Assembly: GCA_951406725.2 (NCBI GenBank)
Contig: OX597814.1
Coordinates: 207,638,001-207,702,000, forward strand
DNA: 64,000 nucleotides
DNA from: Octopus vulgaris
Taxonomy: Eukaryota
Direction of reading: 5' to 3'
Shown: piece by piece, positions 26,568 through 39,433 of the stretch
Layout of the letters: every line of letters begins with the position of its first letter
Position numbering within the stretch: position 1 is the first letter of the stretch
Notes under the pieces: generated by a model
What the model was told of the DNA's origin: nothing
Seen by the model: only the letters and a program-made list of their open reading frames with translations
Database searches by the model: none
Translations under genes and position numbers: made by a program

Positions 26568-26891
26568 AATCTGAAAGCTCAAGACATAGAGGTTGTTGTT
26601 ATCTGCCTATGTTAGAAATCCTTATCATTGCTATTACCACTAAAGAAATAAAATTATTCAGATGTTTCCGTTGGATGTTATACACAACAAAGTCACTCAC
26701 AATTAAGCAAAAAAATAATTGGAAATAGATTTCATTAAAAAATTTTGGAAATAAAACCTAAATTTTAATAAGGTAGTGTCCTAAAAAATTACCGAATGAT
26801 TTCTGATTACCATGACTGTTTAGTGTTTTCAATTAGTATAATAAGTGTATGAGTAGTTTTATTACTAGGAGAAGCAATGGAGTTAGTGGTA

Positions 26892-27122
26892 CCTATTTCT
26901 TTACTACCTACTAGGGGCTAAACACAGAGAGGACAAACAAGGACAGACAAAGGGATTAAGTCGATTATATCGACCCCAGTGTGTAACTGGTACTTATTTA
27001 ATCGACCCCGAAAGGATGAAAGGCAAAGTTGACCTCGGCGGAATTTGAACTCAGAACGTAACGACAGATGAAATACGGCTACGCATTTCGCCCGGCGTGC
27101 TAACGTTTCTGCCAGCTCGCCT
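26892..27122 (-). mobile_element. Young SINE family A
   Basis: Near-identical to 25525-25754. TGGTACC on both flanks. Confidence 0.9.
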
Positions 27123-27659
27123 GGTACCATAAGTTTAGGAGTTGAAATCAATGATTTTATTTACTGATTCTGCAGCCCTAATCCCCTTTACAACTAAAGA
27201 CACCTCTACTCTTTATTGACCCCTATCCTTTTGTCAACCACTTTATAGAATATGATGAATGCACTTTATCATGGCACCAGCACCAGGGGAATTGATTTAA
27301 TTCCTCCACCCAAAGAAGATTAAAGAGTCTTTTTTTTATACTACATGTTTGTCAATAACCAGGGGGGGGTTGTCTTGATCCCCTCTGAGAGAGGGATGAT
27401 GGAATAGAACCAAAATAAAAAGATGACAGAAAGAAACTAAAAGAAGAGAGAGAGAGAGTGATAGACTGCTGCATGATAATTGTTGATAAAATTCATTACA
27501 CACAGACACACACACACACACGTGTTAAATTGAAGTTATTATTTTAAAACAAGTTTAAGAATAATGATGGAACATATTTACTGACTGCTGGACTCTACTG
27601 AAAGTAGAGTTGGCAGAATCTAATACCTCACTCAACAAATTTCAAATATGTGTGAGTGC

Positions 27660-28065
27660 TCTTTTACTCTCTTTTACTTGTTTCAGTCATTTGACTGCGG
27701 CCATGCTGGAGCACCGCCTTTAGTCGAGCAAATCGATCCCGGGACTTATTCTTTGTAAGCCCAGTACTTATTCTATCGTTCTCTTTTGCCGAACCGCTAA
27801 GTGACGGGGACGTAAACATACCAGCATCGGTTGTCATGCAATGCTAGGGGAACAAACACAGACACACAAACACATATACACACATATATATATATACATA
27901 TATACAACAGGCTTCTTTCAGTTTCCGTCTACCAAATCCACTCACAAGGCATTGGTCGGCCCAGGGCTATAGCAGAAGACACTTGCCCAAGATGCCACGC
28001 AGTGGGACTGAACCCGGAACCATGTGGTTGGTTAGCAAGCTACTTACCACACTGCCACTCCTGCA
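27660..28065 (-). mobile_element. SINE family B, full length
   Basis: Reverse complement of the 10950-11372 type. Confidence 0.9.
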
Positions 28066-28322
28066 TGTGTATTTTAGTATTTGTTTTTATGCATATTACA
28101 TTAAAATTGTTAAACTTTAAATTAAGAGAACATTCAATATCTTTCAGTCGAGTAGCATACTTATTTTATTTTTACACTGAAATTTCAACCATGAAGTCTT
28201 CATTGGATGAAGGCTACAGAGCTATAACTATAAAGCATCAACTGTTTCCCTTCAAAAAGAATATATGTATATATACTAGCAGTCCAACCCATGCCAGCAT
28301 GGAACATGGATGTTAAATGCTG

Positions 28323-28375
<53 letters not shown>

Positions 28376-28454
28376 TTAAAAAAATTTTTTTTATTATTTT
28401 ATCTAGTTTCAGCTCACGAGCTGTGGCCATGCTGGGGCACCGCCATTTTATATA

Positions 28455-28493
<39 letters not shown>

Positions 28494-29586
28494 AATGTAT
28501 GTAAAGCATATATGTGCTAATATATTGATACACACACACACATATAAGCATATTTATAAGTGCATATGCTTGTGTGTGTGTGTGTGTTGTGCCTGTGAAC
28601 ATACCTCATTACATCATTATTGACTACCTTATTTTTGATGATATCACAGCATTATTGTCACATAAATTTCCTCCATCTACTCCTATATCCACTACCTTAT
28701 GCATTCACTGTTCACTGGAATTCTCTTCTTCATCCCTTCACCTTCCACATCCTCTCCCTAGCATAATAGACTACCTTACCTGTCTTTCTCTCTTTGTTCA
28801 GTGGCTTGCCTAATCTCTCTGCACAAAAGCACCCAATTGAAGATGATGAAGGAGGTTTACCCTATAACAATAGACTGAATGCCCTCCTTTTTAACTTCAT
28901 GATTGAATATTCCTCTTCTAGGTTTTTAAGCAATGTCACTGTGACCTACCTACCTAATCAAGTGCCTGGTTTTCTAAAGTAGATAATGCAGTTAGATCAG
29001 CAGCTCTGTATGTGAGTGATGTATTCACTGGATCAATTAGTGTTGTGTCAACATTTTTATCCATCTTGCGAGATTTTGATTCTCCTTAGAAACCCTGTAT
29101 TTACTACATGCTTTGTACATTGACTAAAACATTTCATTTCTAGTGCTGTAAAATATGTTTTCAACAGTTTTATGTGAGTTTAGACTAAACCACCAGGTAT
29201 ATATACATCCACACTCCTAACATATGTGTGTGAAGCGGGTTTTCTGGGAATGTTGTAAACCTGTGTTAGTGTACTGTAAAATTCTTTGCGTTGTTGTGAA
29301 GTTTGTTTTGTTGTTTCTGGTGTTATTTTAATGTTTTGCTTGTCGTGTGATTTGTATTATTTGTGTAGAGATGATGTTTATATCACGTTTTAGTGTTGGG
29401 TTTTAGTATTGATGTGTGGTCTATGTAGGATTAACTAGTTGTGTGGAGTGTGAGTTGTTGGTGTTACAGTGTCAGGTATTGGTTATGCAGGAGTGTGTGT
29501 GTGTGTGTGTATATTATTTTAATGGGTGTTGATTGTATAGTGTATATGTTGTATGAGTTAGGTTAATATTTATTGGATGGTTGTTG

Positions 29587-29725
29587 AGCTGGCAGAATCG
29601 TTAGCACACCAAGCAAAATATTTAGCTGTATTTCATCTGTCTTTACATTCTGAGTTCAAATTCTGCCATGGCTAACTTTGCCTTGCATCCTTTCAGGGTC
29701 AATAAAATAAGTACCAGTTGAACAC
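29587..29725 (+). mobile_element. 3'-truncated SINE family A abutting a Helitron fragment
   Basis: GAGCTGGCAGAATCGTTAGC...AAGTACCAGTTGAACAC runs directly into helicase codons. Confidence 0.75.
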
Positions 29726-30328
29726 TACCCTGTTGAATTTCTGGACACATTTAAACCCACTGCGATACCACTGCATAACTTGACACTAAAACTGGGTGTT
29801 CCCATTATGTTGCTTAGGAATTTTGACCCATGTGTAATGGAACTTGCTTAATTGTTATTTCTGTAAAGCCCCATGTCCTACAGGCAACAATCATAACAGG
29901 TAGTCACAAAGGAGAAAATGTGCTTATTCCAAAAATTCCTCTCATACCTAAAGACATTCCATTTAAATGTAAGACATTTCCGTTTCCAGTGAAACTAAGT
30001 TTTGGTACTTCAGTTAACAAATCTCAGGGTCAATCCCTACTGCATGCTTCTCCCATGGCCAGTTCTATGTTACTTGCTCATGACTTGGAAGCAGTAACAA
30101 TTTATTCATTTTAACACCAACAAAAAATTACACAATGAATATTGTTTACCCTGAGGTACTTCAACATTGACAGATTTTCAGTTTGAAATTCTACTACCAT
30201 TACAATTTGGATATTTAATAAAATATAGATATTTTGAAATAATATTGAGAATATATCTTTATATTTATTGTTTACTAATCTGAATAAGAACAGCAGTAAC
30301 CCAGGCAACACTGGGTCATTCAGCCAGT
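29726..30328 (+). mobile_element. 3' fragment of an autonomous Helitron (PIF1-like helicase C-terminus, frameshifted, plus 3' terminus)
   Basis: YPVEFL...HNLTLKLGVPIMLLRNFDP / CNGT...VLIPKIPLIP...FPVKLSFGTSVNKSQGQSL / CFSHGQFYV / NIVYPEVL. Terminal hairpin ACCCAG...CTGGGT then CCAG(T). Confidence 0.9.
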
Positions 30329-31352
30329 TTTTATATATTGCCTAAATTTATGAATAATTTTTATAGATTTTCCAACCGAATATTGTACCTTGTAAATATT
30401 TTTTTCAACTCATCTGTATAGAGGGGATCATATTGCTTGTTTATAGCATCTATAATCAATGGTGGTTCCATTCAACAGATTTGATAAAGCAAATATGTAG
30501 GAGAGATAATGTGGCTTCTTTTAAGATTCTTTTTGTTATGGGTATAGGGCTGGTTTTAACTATCTTCTCTTTGCTTTGTTGTGGTTAAATTTTATTGTTG
30601 TTGTCTGCAAGTTAAGATGTGTTTTCAGCACTCCATAAGTTTGGATTTTCTTGTGGCTTTTTTCAAGTTTATTGACTGTTTTGTTTTCTGAACCCCCTTT
30701 GGTGTGCAGAAGGGGTTCTTTTGTTGAAAGTTCCCCACTTTTAAGGGCGAATTTTTGACTCTTTGTCCATTAAAAATATTTTTTGTTTCTTTGTCTAACA
30801 AAAAAAACAAGATGGCTTCCTGTGTCAAGGGGAGTGGCAGTGGCTGTTCTGACAGCCAGTACAGCCAAGATTTCCCTCCTCTGAACAGCACAATAACACT
30901 GAACATCACTAATAACACCTGCACAATGATTAATACAGAAAAAGAAAGAAAGAAAAGTCAAGTAAACACCGCCAATGTCACGACCAGCGTGAAGAAGCCA
31001 TGGTTGACTTTACCTTTCATCCTTTCAGGGTTGCTAAAGTAAAGTACCAGTTGAGTACTAGTGTTGATGGAATCAACTAGACCCTATCTCCAAAAATCTC
31101 AGGCTTTGTTCCTATTGTAGAAAGAACTATTATTATTGCTGGTGGTAGACTGTCCAAATTATTAGAGCATCAAACAAAATGCTTTGCAGTGTTTGTTGCA
31201 TTTCTTGACAGTCTGGGTTTAGGTCCAGTGGACATCAATTTTACCTATGATTTTGTCAGAGTCAATAAAATTAAGTACTAGTCCAGTTCTTCAGTTAATA
31301 TATCAATATAATCAATTATATCTCTCCCTCAAACTTCTGGCCCACTACCTAC

Positions 31353-31756
31353 CTTACTCTTTACTCTTTTACTTGTTTCAGTCATTTGTCTGCGGCCATG
31401 CTGGAGCACCGCCTTTAGTCGAGCAAATCGACCCCACCACTTATTCTTTGTAAGCCTAGTACTTTTTCTATAGTCTCTTTTGCCGAACCGCTAAGTTACG
31501 GAGACGTAAACACATCAGCATCGGTTGTCAAGCGATGTTGGGGAGACAAACACAGACACACACACATATATATATATATATATACATATATACGACAGGC
31601 TTCTTTCAGTTTCCGTTTACCAAATCCACTCACAAGGCTTTGGTCGGCCCGAGGCTATAGTAGAAAACACTTGCCGAAGGTGCCACGCAGTGGGACTGAA
31701 CCCGGAACCATGTGGTTGGTAAGCAAGCTACTTACCACACAGCCACTCCTGCGCCT
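31353..31756 (-). mobile_element. SINE family B, full length
   Basis: Complete head (...CCACTCCTGCGCC) and tail. Confidence 0.9.
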
Positions 31757-32367
31757 AGAAATTATTATTATAATTATTATGATTATATATCTTTCCCTAA
31801 ATAACATTCTGACAGATGTAATGTCATCTTGTTTGAGACTTACAACTTGCATTATTGATTTAGATTTAGATGTTTTGGCAGTATTCTTTCTTGCCGAAAG
31901 ACTTCTTTAATTATCAATTATTTTCCCCCCCATTTGTGTCATAATATATATATAATTTGCAAGCCTTTTTTTCTTTTTTGCAACAGCGGTGTTTTCTTGG
32001 TGTTTTCTTTAACTGAAAAGCTTTTAAGTCCAAAATTTATTCAGCTGATCCACTACCGTTTCCGTAGTTCTTGTCTTCATCCCCCCCCCTCTTTCTCTCT
32101 CTCTTCTTTTTGTTAGGTCACTAATTTGTACATGTCCTTTAATTTACTCTAAGGATCCCAGCTCATTCTTGAAATATGTATTACATAAAGAGCAGATCAA
32201 AAGCATGTCACTTATTGATCTCTTCTTTCTACTAATTTTCTGATTAACATTGTTCACGCTCTGCTATCATACAAGTCATGTTAATTCTTTTGTTTAGATA
32301 GAACTGCTGCTGCTGCTGCTCCTCCCCCAGTTTTAGCCTACATACACCTTGAGATCTTTGATTTTAA

Positions 32368-32587
32368 CCCTTTCGTTACCAATCCAGCTGAAACCGGCTC
32401 TGGCTTTGAGTACAAATGTCTTGTTTTCATAAGTTTTGTATTAAAATCTTCCACCAAACCTTAGTCACAATTTATGTTCCTAACACTAGTTTAATGATAG
32501 CCAAGATATTTTACTAAATTCTTTGTTATATTTAAAGTAATTGAAAGAAATAGGGAGCATCTCAAAATAAATACAGTCATGAAAGGG
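32368..32587. mobile_element. piggyBac-type MITE family P2
   Basis: TTAA|CCCTTTCGTTAC ... GTCATGAAAGGG|TAAA. Inverted copy at 52900-53107. Confidence 0.8.
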
Positions 32588-32778
32588 TAAAACAGTAGAA
32601 CCCATTTCAGACTTCATTCTTCAAATAAATGCCATTCATGTATTTGCACTTCAACTCTTCAAACTTAATGTTCAATCTCACTGTGTGGCATCTTGGGCAA
32701 GTGTCGTCTACTATAGCCTCGGGCCGACCAAAGCCTTGTAAGTGGATTTGGTAGATGGAAACTGAAAGAAGCCTGTTG

Positions 32779-32812
<34 letters not shown>

Positions 32813-32813
<1 letters not shown>

Positions 32814-33161
32814 TGGGTACAAAAAATTCAGGGTGAATACTTGATAATTGTAAGCACCTGTATATGCCGGTTAGTGGTGTAGGAGATAGAGTATATTTAT
32901 CAAAATAAAAACATGATGCAAAGGATTTAGCGGTACATATGTTTCTGGCTTTTATTAGACGGTTTATATCAATGCATAATTGATGTAATTTGTATGTCAA
33001 TAGCCTTCTTCAGCCGCGTACAATTACTACTCCAAGGACATGTATTACAATATAAGTATAAGTTTGGGAAAAAGACGATTTACGTTGGGATGCAAATCTT
33101 CATAGTCGTGTACAACAGAGTGAGGCACCAAAACAAAATCGAAGCGTCCATCCCATTTTTC
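32813..33161 (-). mobile_element. Hammerhead-containing insert (Penelope-like pseudo-LTR or retrozyme monomer)
   Basis: Unique ~350-bp CpG-containing block inside a SINE microsatellite, carrying a type I hammerhead motif. No recognisable protein-coding remnant. Confidence 0.6.
32930..33017 (-). ncRNA. Type I hammerhead ribozyme motif
   Basis: Minus strand: GCGG-CUGAAGA-AGGCU[...]AGCC-A-GAAA-CAUAU-GUA-CCGC. Stem I GCGG/CCGC, palindromic stem III ACAUAUGU, cleavage triplet GUA, extended stem II. Confidence 0.75.
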
Positions 33162-33869
33162 GTGTATATGTTTGTATGTCTGCATTTGTCCCCCCCAACA
33201 TTGCTTCACGACCGATGCTGGTGTGTTTACGTCCCCGTCACTCTTAGCGGTTCGGCAAACGAGACTGATAAAATAAGTACTAGGCTTACAAAGAATAAGT
33301 GCTGGGGTCGATTTGCTCGACTAAAGGCGGTGCTCCGGCATGGCCACAGTCATATGACTGAAACAAGTAAAAGAATAAAAGAGAGTAAAGAGTAATGTCG
33401 GAATTTTTCTCAGAATGTGCTTTCACAAGGTATGGGTAAATATCTACCTATAAATAACAATAACAAATTGCTCTAATCTCCATGTTTTACAATTGTATTG
33501 TCTCTATTACTTCCTGTTATTGTTAAGCAGGTCTATGATCAAAGATATTCTAGATGTAACCAGTCAGTTTTTTTTTCTTCTTTCTTTGGCATGCGTATCT
33601 GCTTACATTAAAGTATGTGTTGAGAAAAATTTGACTGCTATTTTTAGCATTTTGGAGTGATTACATAAAGGTGCCTTTATTGGCTTGTGTCTAGTGGCAT
33701 TAAATATGATGGTCAACATATTGAAATTCCGGTAGCTCTTGAGTATTACTTCATCATAAATCAGAGTTAATTGATTGTTCTATAACGAACAATGTCACCT
33801 TCCTGTTGGGCATGCAATCACTGTTAATTAACACCTTAATTCATCTGCTCCTTGTTGCAAGAGTCGGTA

Positions 33870-34200
33870 TTCTTTTACTCTTTTACTTGTTTCACTCATT
33901 TGACTGTGGCCATGCCGGAGCACCACCTTTACTCGAGCAAAATCGCCCCCGGGACTTAGTCTTTGTAAGCCTAGTACTTATTCTATCGGTCTCTTTTGCC
34001 GAACCGCTAAGTTACGGGGATGAAGGACACTGCTTGCAATATGGTGGCATTCATTTAAAACTACCACACAATGTCATGACAATAACACACATACGCACGC
34101 ACACACACACACACAAACACACACATGAAGGTCTAGTTTTTCACTTACCAAATCCACTCGAGGCTTTGGTTGGCCTGGGCTGTAGTAGAAGTCACTTAAA
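33870..34200 (-). mobile_element. Partial/rearranged SINE family B
   Basis: Tail half at 33870-34020, degenerate head-side motifs at ~34130-34200. Confidence 0.65.
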
Positions 34201-34495
34201 AATAAACTACGCACAAGGAAGAATTGACTCAATGCCACCAACTAGTGAAATGAATACTTATGTTGTTTACAGCAATGCATTGTACCCTCCTTTTGAAGCT
34301 AATTAGACTAGGCTATTGTGAGTTTAGTGTTTCATAAATAAGATAACTATGCAGTGCAGGTAACATGATATAACCTTGACTCAAACAATATCATCATCAT
34401 CATCATCATCATTTAGCGTCCGCTTTCCATTCTAGCATGGGTTGGATGTGATATATATATATGTATATATATATGTGTATATATATGTGTATATA

Positions 34496-34543
<48 letters not shown>

Positions 34544-34545
<2 letters not shown>

Positions 34546-34946
34546 CACAAGAGTGGCTGTGTGGTAAGTAGCTTGCTAACCAACCACATGGTTCTGGGTT
34601 AAGTCCCACTACGCAGCATCTTGAGCAAGTGTCTTCTGCTATAGCCCCAGGCCGACCAATGCCCTGTGAGCGGATTTGGTAGACGGAAACTGAAAGAAGC
34701 CTGTCGTATATATGTATATATATATAAGTGTGTGTGTATATGTTTGTGTGCCTGTGTTTGTCCTCCTAGCATTGCTTGACAACCGATGCTGGTGTGTTTA
34801 CGTCCCCATCACTTAGCAGTTCGGCAAAAGAGACCGATAGAATAAGTACTGGGCTTACAAAGAATAAGTCCCGGGGTCGATTTGCTTGATTAAAGGTGGT
34901 GCTCCAGCATGGCCGCAGTCAAATGACTGAAACGAGTAAAAGAGTA
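34544..34946 (+). mobile_element. SINE family B, full length
   Basis: Head, CORE-like block, internal microsatellite, tail. Confidence 0.9.
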
Positions 34947-35534
34947 ACACACACAATTATAACAGGCATGTCCATGTTATTGCAGCAATCTGATGAAATA
35001 CTTCTTTTGATGTCCATTCTATTCACCTTGTGCAGTTGTATTCCGGTTCCTTTTTTTTTTATTTTTTAAATAGACGTTACACATCCAATTAACCACATTT
35101 AGTTCCCTTTTCATCACTTACTGCTGCTACAGATAGTCGATGTTGCTCTGCCACCCCACCCCACACCGCATTTCCTACCCAACTTGTATTCCGTAAGCAT
35201 ATACATGCATGTGTTTGTATTTGTATGTGGTTAAAAGTTTTCTTTAACATTTGGTGGAGACACTTTTATTTCACAGCTTTGTTGTGAAGTGGTGTGTGTA
35301 CATGTGTTAGTTAAGCATCTAAATTAAAATTCTATTATGAAATTTATTAATTATTCGTTGAATCGATTTGATCATCACCCAGTTAACAGAATCAAGCCAG
35401 TTGCAAGAAACTGCTATGGAATTATAACTGACACCCTCTAGACAAAAATTACTAATTAAACATTCATTTATGTTAAAATAATTAAAATTTATTGCAACAG
35501 TGTGTTTACAGTTTATAATTATTTGAGTGTCCTT

Positions 35535-35535
35535 G

Positions 35536-35566
<31 letters not shown>

Positions 35567-35621
35567 GTGTGTGTGTGCGTATGTATGTATATATATGTAT
35601 ATATATATACATGTATGTGTG

Positions 35622-35670
<49 letters not shown>

Positions 35671-35861
35671 TGTGTGTGTCTATTATGTGTGTATATATAT
35701 ATGTGTGTGTGTGTGTATGTATGTATATATATGTATATATATATATACATGTATGTGTATATATATATATATGTGTGTGTGTGTATGTGTGTATATATAT
35801 ATATATATGTGTGTGTGTGTATGTGTGTATATATATATATGTGTGTGTGTGTGTATGTGTG

Positions 35862-35958
<97 letters not shown>

Positions 35959-36013
35959 GTGTGTATGTGTGTATATATATATGTGTGTGTGTGTGTGTAT
36001 GTATATATATATA

Positions 36014-36048
<35 letters not shown>

Positions 36049-36125
36049 ATGTGTGTATGTGTGTGTATGTATGTATGTGTATGTATGTATGTGTGTGTGT
36101 GTGTGTGCATATACATACACAGACA
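35535..36125. repeat. Compound (TG)n(TA)n microsatellite
   Basis: Directly visible alternating TG and TA runs. Confidence 0.95.
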
Positions 36126-36195
36126 CACAAGAATGTATGTGCTATTTGAGCATCTGTATGTATATTGTGGGGTGTATGCCGGCATTATATGAAAG

Positions 36196-36421
36196 GCAGC
36201 GAGCTGGCAGAAGCGTTAGCACGCCGGGCGAAATGCATAGCCGTATTTCGTCTGCTATGTTTGTTATGTTCTGAGTTCAAATTCCGCCGAGGTCGACTTT
36301 GCCTTTCATCCCTTCAGGGTCGATAAATTAAGTAACAGTTACGCACTGGGGTCGATGTAATCGACTTGATCCGTTTGTCTGTCCCCTCTATGTTTAGCCC
36401 CTTGTGGGTAGTAAAGAAATA
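36196..36421 (+). mobile_element. Young SINE family A with 15-bp TSD
   Basis: GGCATTATATGAAAG at 36181-36195 and 36422-36436. Confidence 0.92.
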
Positions 36422-36638
36422 GGCATTATATGAAAGTGTTTAATTGACTTTACATCAGAGAAAAAAATTCTTTTTAATGTATTTGTCCACTATTATGTAT
36501 ACACCCTGGTGAATCTATGAATGTAAGTATTAAGTGAATGTGTACATACAGAGGGGCATACATATCTATACCTATGCATGAAAACTTAGAAATTAAACAT
36601 GCTTGTAAAAGTAAGCAGGAAAAAAAAGGAGATAAGAG

Positions 36639-36906
36639 TGCCAGCCACGCCTGGCCCCCATGCCGGTGGCACATAAAAAGCACCATCCGTCCGTGGCCGT
36701 TTGCCAGCCCCGTCTGGCACCTGTGCTGGTGGCACGTAAAAAGCATCTCTTACACTCAAGGAATCGTTGGCGTTAGGAAGGGCATCCAGCCGTAGAAACA
36801 TTGCCAGATCAGACTGAGCCTGGTGCAGCCTTCTGGCTTCCCAGACCCCAGTTGAACCGTCCAACCCATGCTAGCATGGAAAGCGGACGCTAAACGATGA
36901 TGATGA
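36639..36906 (+). mobile_element. RTE LINE 3' UTR fragment (a short opposite-strand tail follows at ~36953-37010)
   Basis: GCCGGTGGCACATAAAAAGCACC modules, GGAAGGGCATCCAGCCG, (GAT)n. Confidence 0.85.
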
Positions 36907-37760
36907 TATATATAGTTGGAGAGATATACATGTGTGTGTATGTGTGTATTCTCATCATCATCATTTAATATCCGTCTTCCATCCTGGCATGGATTGGACA
37001 GTTTGACAGGAGCTAGAGAACACGCGTGCATGCACACACACACACACACACATACACACTTGATATAGGCACACTATTTAGTATTGTTGTTAACTGCAGG
37101 TATATTGTTCCATTTTGTTAACTATTTGGAATTTTATATCTATTCTCCCCCATTCATTTCTCTATCTCTTTCCCCTCTTCTTACCTTTCTCTTTCTTCTC
37201 TTCTTACCTTTCTCTTTCATCTTTCTTTCACTTTCTTTCTCCCCACCTCTATTTTTGTTTTTGTCTACTTGTTTAGCTCTCTCCCCAACAGCCATCTACC
37301 TTAATTCCTCTCTCTCCTTTTTTGCTCTTTCCTCACTCTCTCCTCTTCCTAGCTTGTCTCATTTCTCTTTCTATTTCCTTCTTCCCCATACTTCTTTTTT
37401 TTCTCTCTTTCCTCTCTCTGTCTCTTACCTTGACTACATCCCATTTTGACCATATTCCACCATCGCTGTAACTATCATCACTATTCCCATGGACATAGTG
37501 CTTTTTGACTATCTTCAATGGCCAAATCGCAAGCAGCCAACCTTTACCAATATCTCCTTCTCAATTACCTATTATTAATGTTTCCTTTGCATGTAAATTC
37601 AAATATTCTCAATTTCTATTATAGATTCGGTGTCACAACACCGATGTTCTCCAGGTGGTCAAGGTCACTATGTCTCCTCTTCACTCAGCTACAGTGAACT
37701 GTGCAGGAGCATGTTTCATTTTGCCATGTCTGGAGTGTCTCAGCTTTCAGTACAAAAGGT

Positions 37761-37975
37761 GGCGCGCTGGCAGAAACGATAGCACGCCGGGCAAAATGCG
37801 TAGCCGTTTTTCGTCTGCCGTTACGTTCTGAGTTCAAATTCCACCGCGGTCGACTTTGCCTTTCATCCTTTTGGGGCCGATAAATAAAGTTACGCACTGG
37901 AGTCGATATAATCGACTTAATCTGTTTGTCTGTCCTTGTTTGTCCCCTCTGTGTTTAGCCCCTTGTAAAGAAATA
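37761..37975 (+). mobile_element. Young SINE family A with 12-bp TSD
   Basis: AGTACAAAAGGT at 37749-37760 and 37976-37987. Confidence 0.9.
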
Positions 37976-38212
37976 AGTACAAAAGGTCTTGGGTTCATAT
38001 TCTGTCATTGGAACTGTTCTATGTTCATCCATGGAAAAAGTAGAAAAAGCATCTCACTGACTTCATCAAGTGTCACTGTAAGAAACAAATAAGGATTTTT
38101 TTTTCCCAATGGAAAAGCAGCATTAATCATGGTGAGATTTGCAGGTTCTTCCAAACAGGTGAATTGATGAAGTTGATGTTCATTTGAAACACCTGTAGAT
38201 CAATCTCTAGTG

Positions 38213-38505
38213 AAGGTGCATGATTTAGTGGTTAGGGTCTTCAGCTTACAATCATAAGACCATGAGTTTGATTCTTGGCAGTGCGTTTTGTCCCTGAGCA
38301 AGACACTTCACTTCACATTGTTTCTGTCCACCCAACTGTACCTCTATGTCAAAGGGCCTGCCTTCTCACATCCTAAATCATGCTGAATCTCCCTGAGAAC
38401 TACATTAAGGGTATGCATGTCTGTGGAGTGCTCAACTACTTGCACCTTAATTTCATAAGCAGGCTGTTCTATTGATTGGATCGACTGGAACATTTTTCAT
38501 TGTAA
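38213..38505 (+). mobile_element. tRNA-derived SINE family C
   Basis: A-box-like TTAGTGGTTAGG, B-box-like GAGTTTGATTC, then CCCTGAGCAAGACACTTCACTTCAC. Related copy on the minus strand at ~3425-3570. Confidence 0.6.
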
Positions 38506-39091
38506 GAGGGTCAGATCAATCGATCACTGCAATAAGCAGTAGGAGTCCTATAAAACTGATGAATGTTCCTTTGGCTTGCTGTGTTGAGTTCAGTTTCTTC
38601 TAAATAATCTGACATTGAGTAAAACAACAACCAACATACCCAACTTCAGACCAGTATCCCTATAGTTGCTTAGGAATCTTACCATAGGAACCTAGTCTGA
38701 TTCCAGCTGTGTATGGTAGGTAGTGTACCACAACCCCTGAAATGTTAAACTCTTCATCTTTAGTTTTCACCAAAATTTCCAAACATTCATTCTCTCTGTG
38801 CTTTTGACAATCTGCAGTTTTTCATTTAGAATTAATATTTTTCCTCTCCTGTCCTTTTCTGTCCTTGAAGAATTTACCTTTTTAAACATATGCATGTTTG
38901 TTTGTGTGTATGGTATGTATGTATAGATAGATAAATAGATAGATATACATACTTTTTCTATTTCTATTCCTGAGCGCTATACTAATACATTTGTTTGTTT
39001 GTACTCCACCTGCCTTCATCTTTTGTTTATTTTCGTAAACTTTCCCGTTATATATATATATATATTATAATAACTGTCTTATTCTGAAATA

Positions 39092-39122
<31 letters not shown>

Positions 39123-39160
39123 TTTATAATAACTGTCTTATTCTGAAATATGTGTGTATA

Positions 39161-39402
39161 TCATCATCATCATCGTTTAGCGTCCGTTTTCCATGCTAGC
39201 ATGGGTTGGACGGGTCAACTGGGGTCTGTGAAGCTGGAAGGCTTCGTCAGGCCCAGTCAGATCTGGCAGTGTTTCTACGGCTGGATGCCCTTCCTAACGC
39301 CAACCACTCCGCGAGTGTAGTGGGTGTTTTTTACGTGCCACCTGCACAGGTGCCAGACATGGCTGGCGAACGGCCACGAACGGATGGTGCTTTTACGTGT
39401 CA
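39161..39402 (-). mobile_element. RTE LINE 3' UTR fragment with ~28-bp flanking direct repeat
   Basis: ATAATAACTGTCTTATTCTGAAATATGT at 39126-39153 and 39407-39434, with a third copy at 39067-39094. Confidence 0.85.
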
Positions 39403-39433
39403 TATAATAATAACTGTCTTATTCTGAAATATG

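Larger units (their letters stand above)
25478..26580. mobile_element. piggyBac-type MITE family P1 carrying two nested retroelements
   Basis: TTAA|CCCCCTCAGCAG start. Interior matches 17006-17177 and 46157-46360. Right end degenerate. Confidence 0.65.
32678..33395 (+). mobile_element. SINE family B (5'-truncated) interrupted in its microsatellite by a ~350-bp insert
   Basis: 5' part ends in (TA)n at ~32800. The 3' part resumes at ~33162 (GTGTATATGTTTG...TTTGTCCCCCC). Confidence 0.85.

Noticed and set aside
28178-28230. Possible fourth degenerate hammerhead pair (TTTCAACC...CTTCAT / GATGAAGGC...GCTATAAC)
   Set aside because: Too many core substitutions, and stems I and III cannot be assigned.
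33740-33760. TGAGTATTAC similar to the 5' end of miR-12; also bantam-like TGAGATCAT near 41568
   Set aside because: Only the first 9-10 nt match, and no precursor hairpin is evident.
36196-36290. tRNA-like sequences with A/B boxes (heads of all SINE copies)
   Set aside because: They continue into SINE bodies, several with TSDs, and I could not fold them into complete cloverleaves. Not called as tRNA genes.
37450-38200. Possible ancient LINE RT remnant around the 37761 SINE (also 28830-29210, possibly Penelope-derived)
   Set aside because: No motif could be read with confidence. It needs a profile HMM search.
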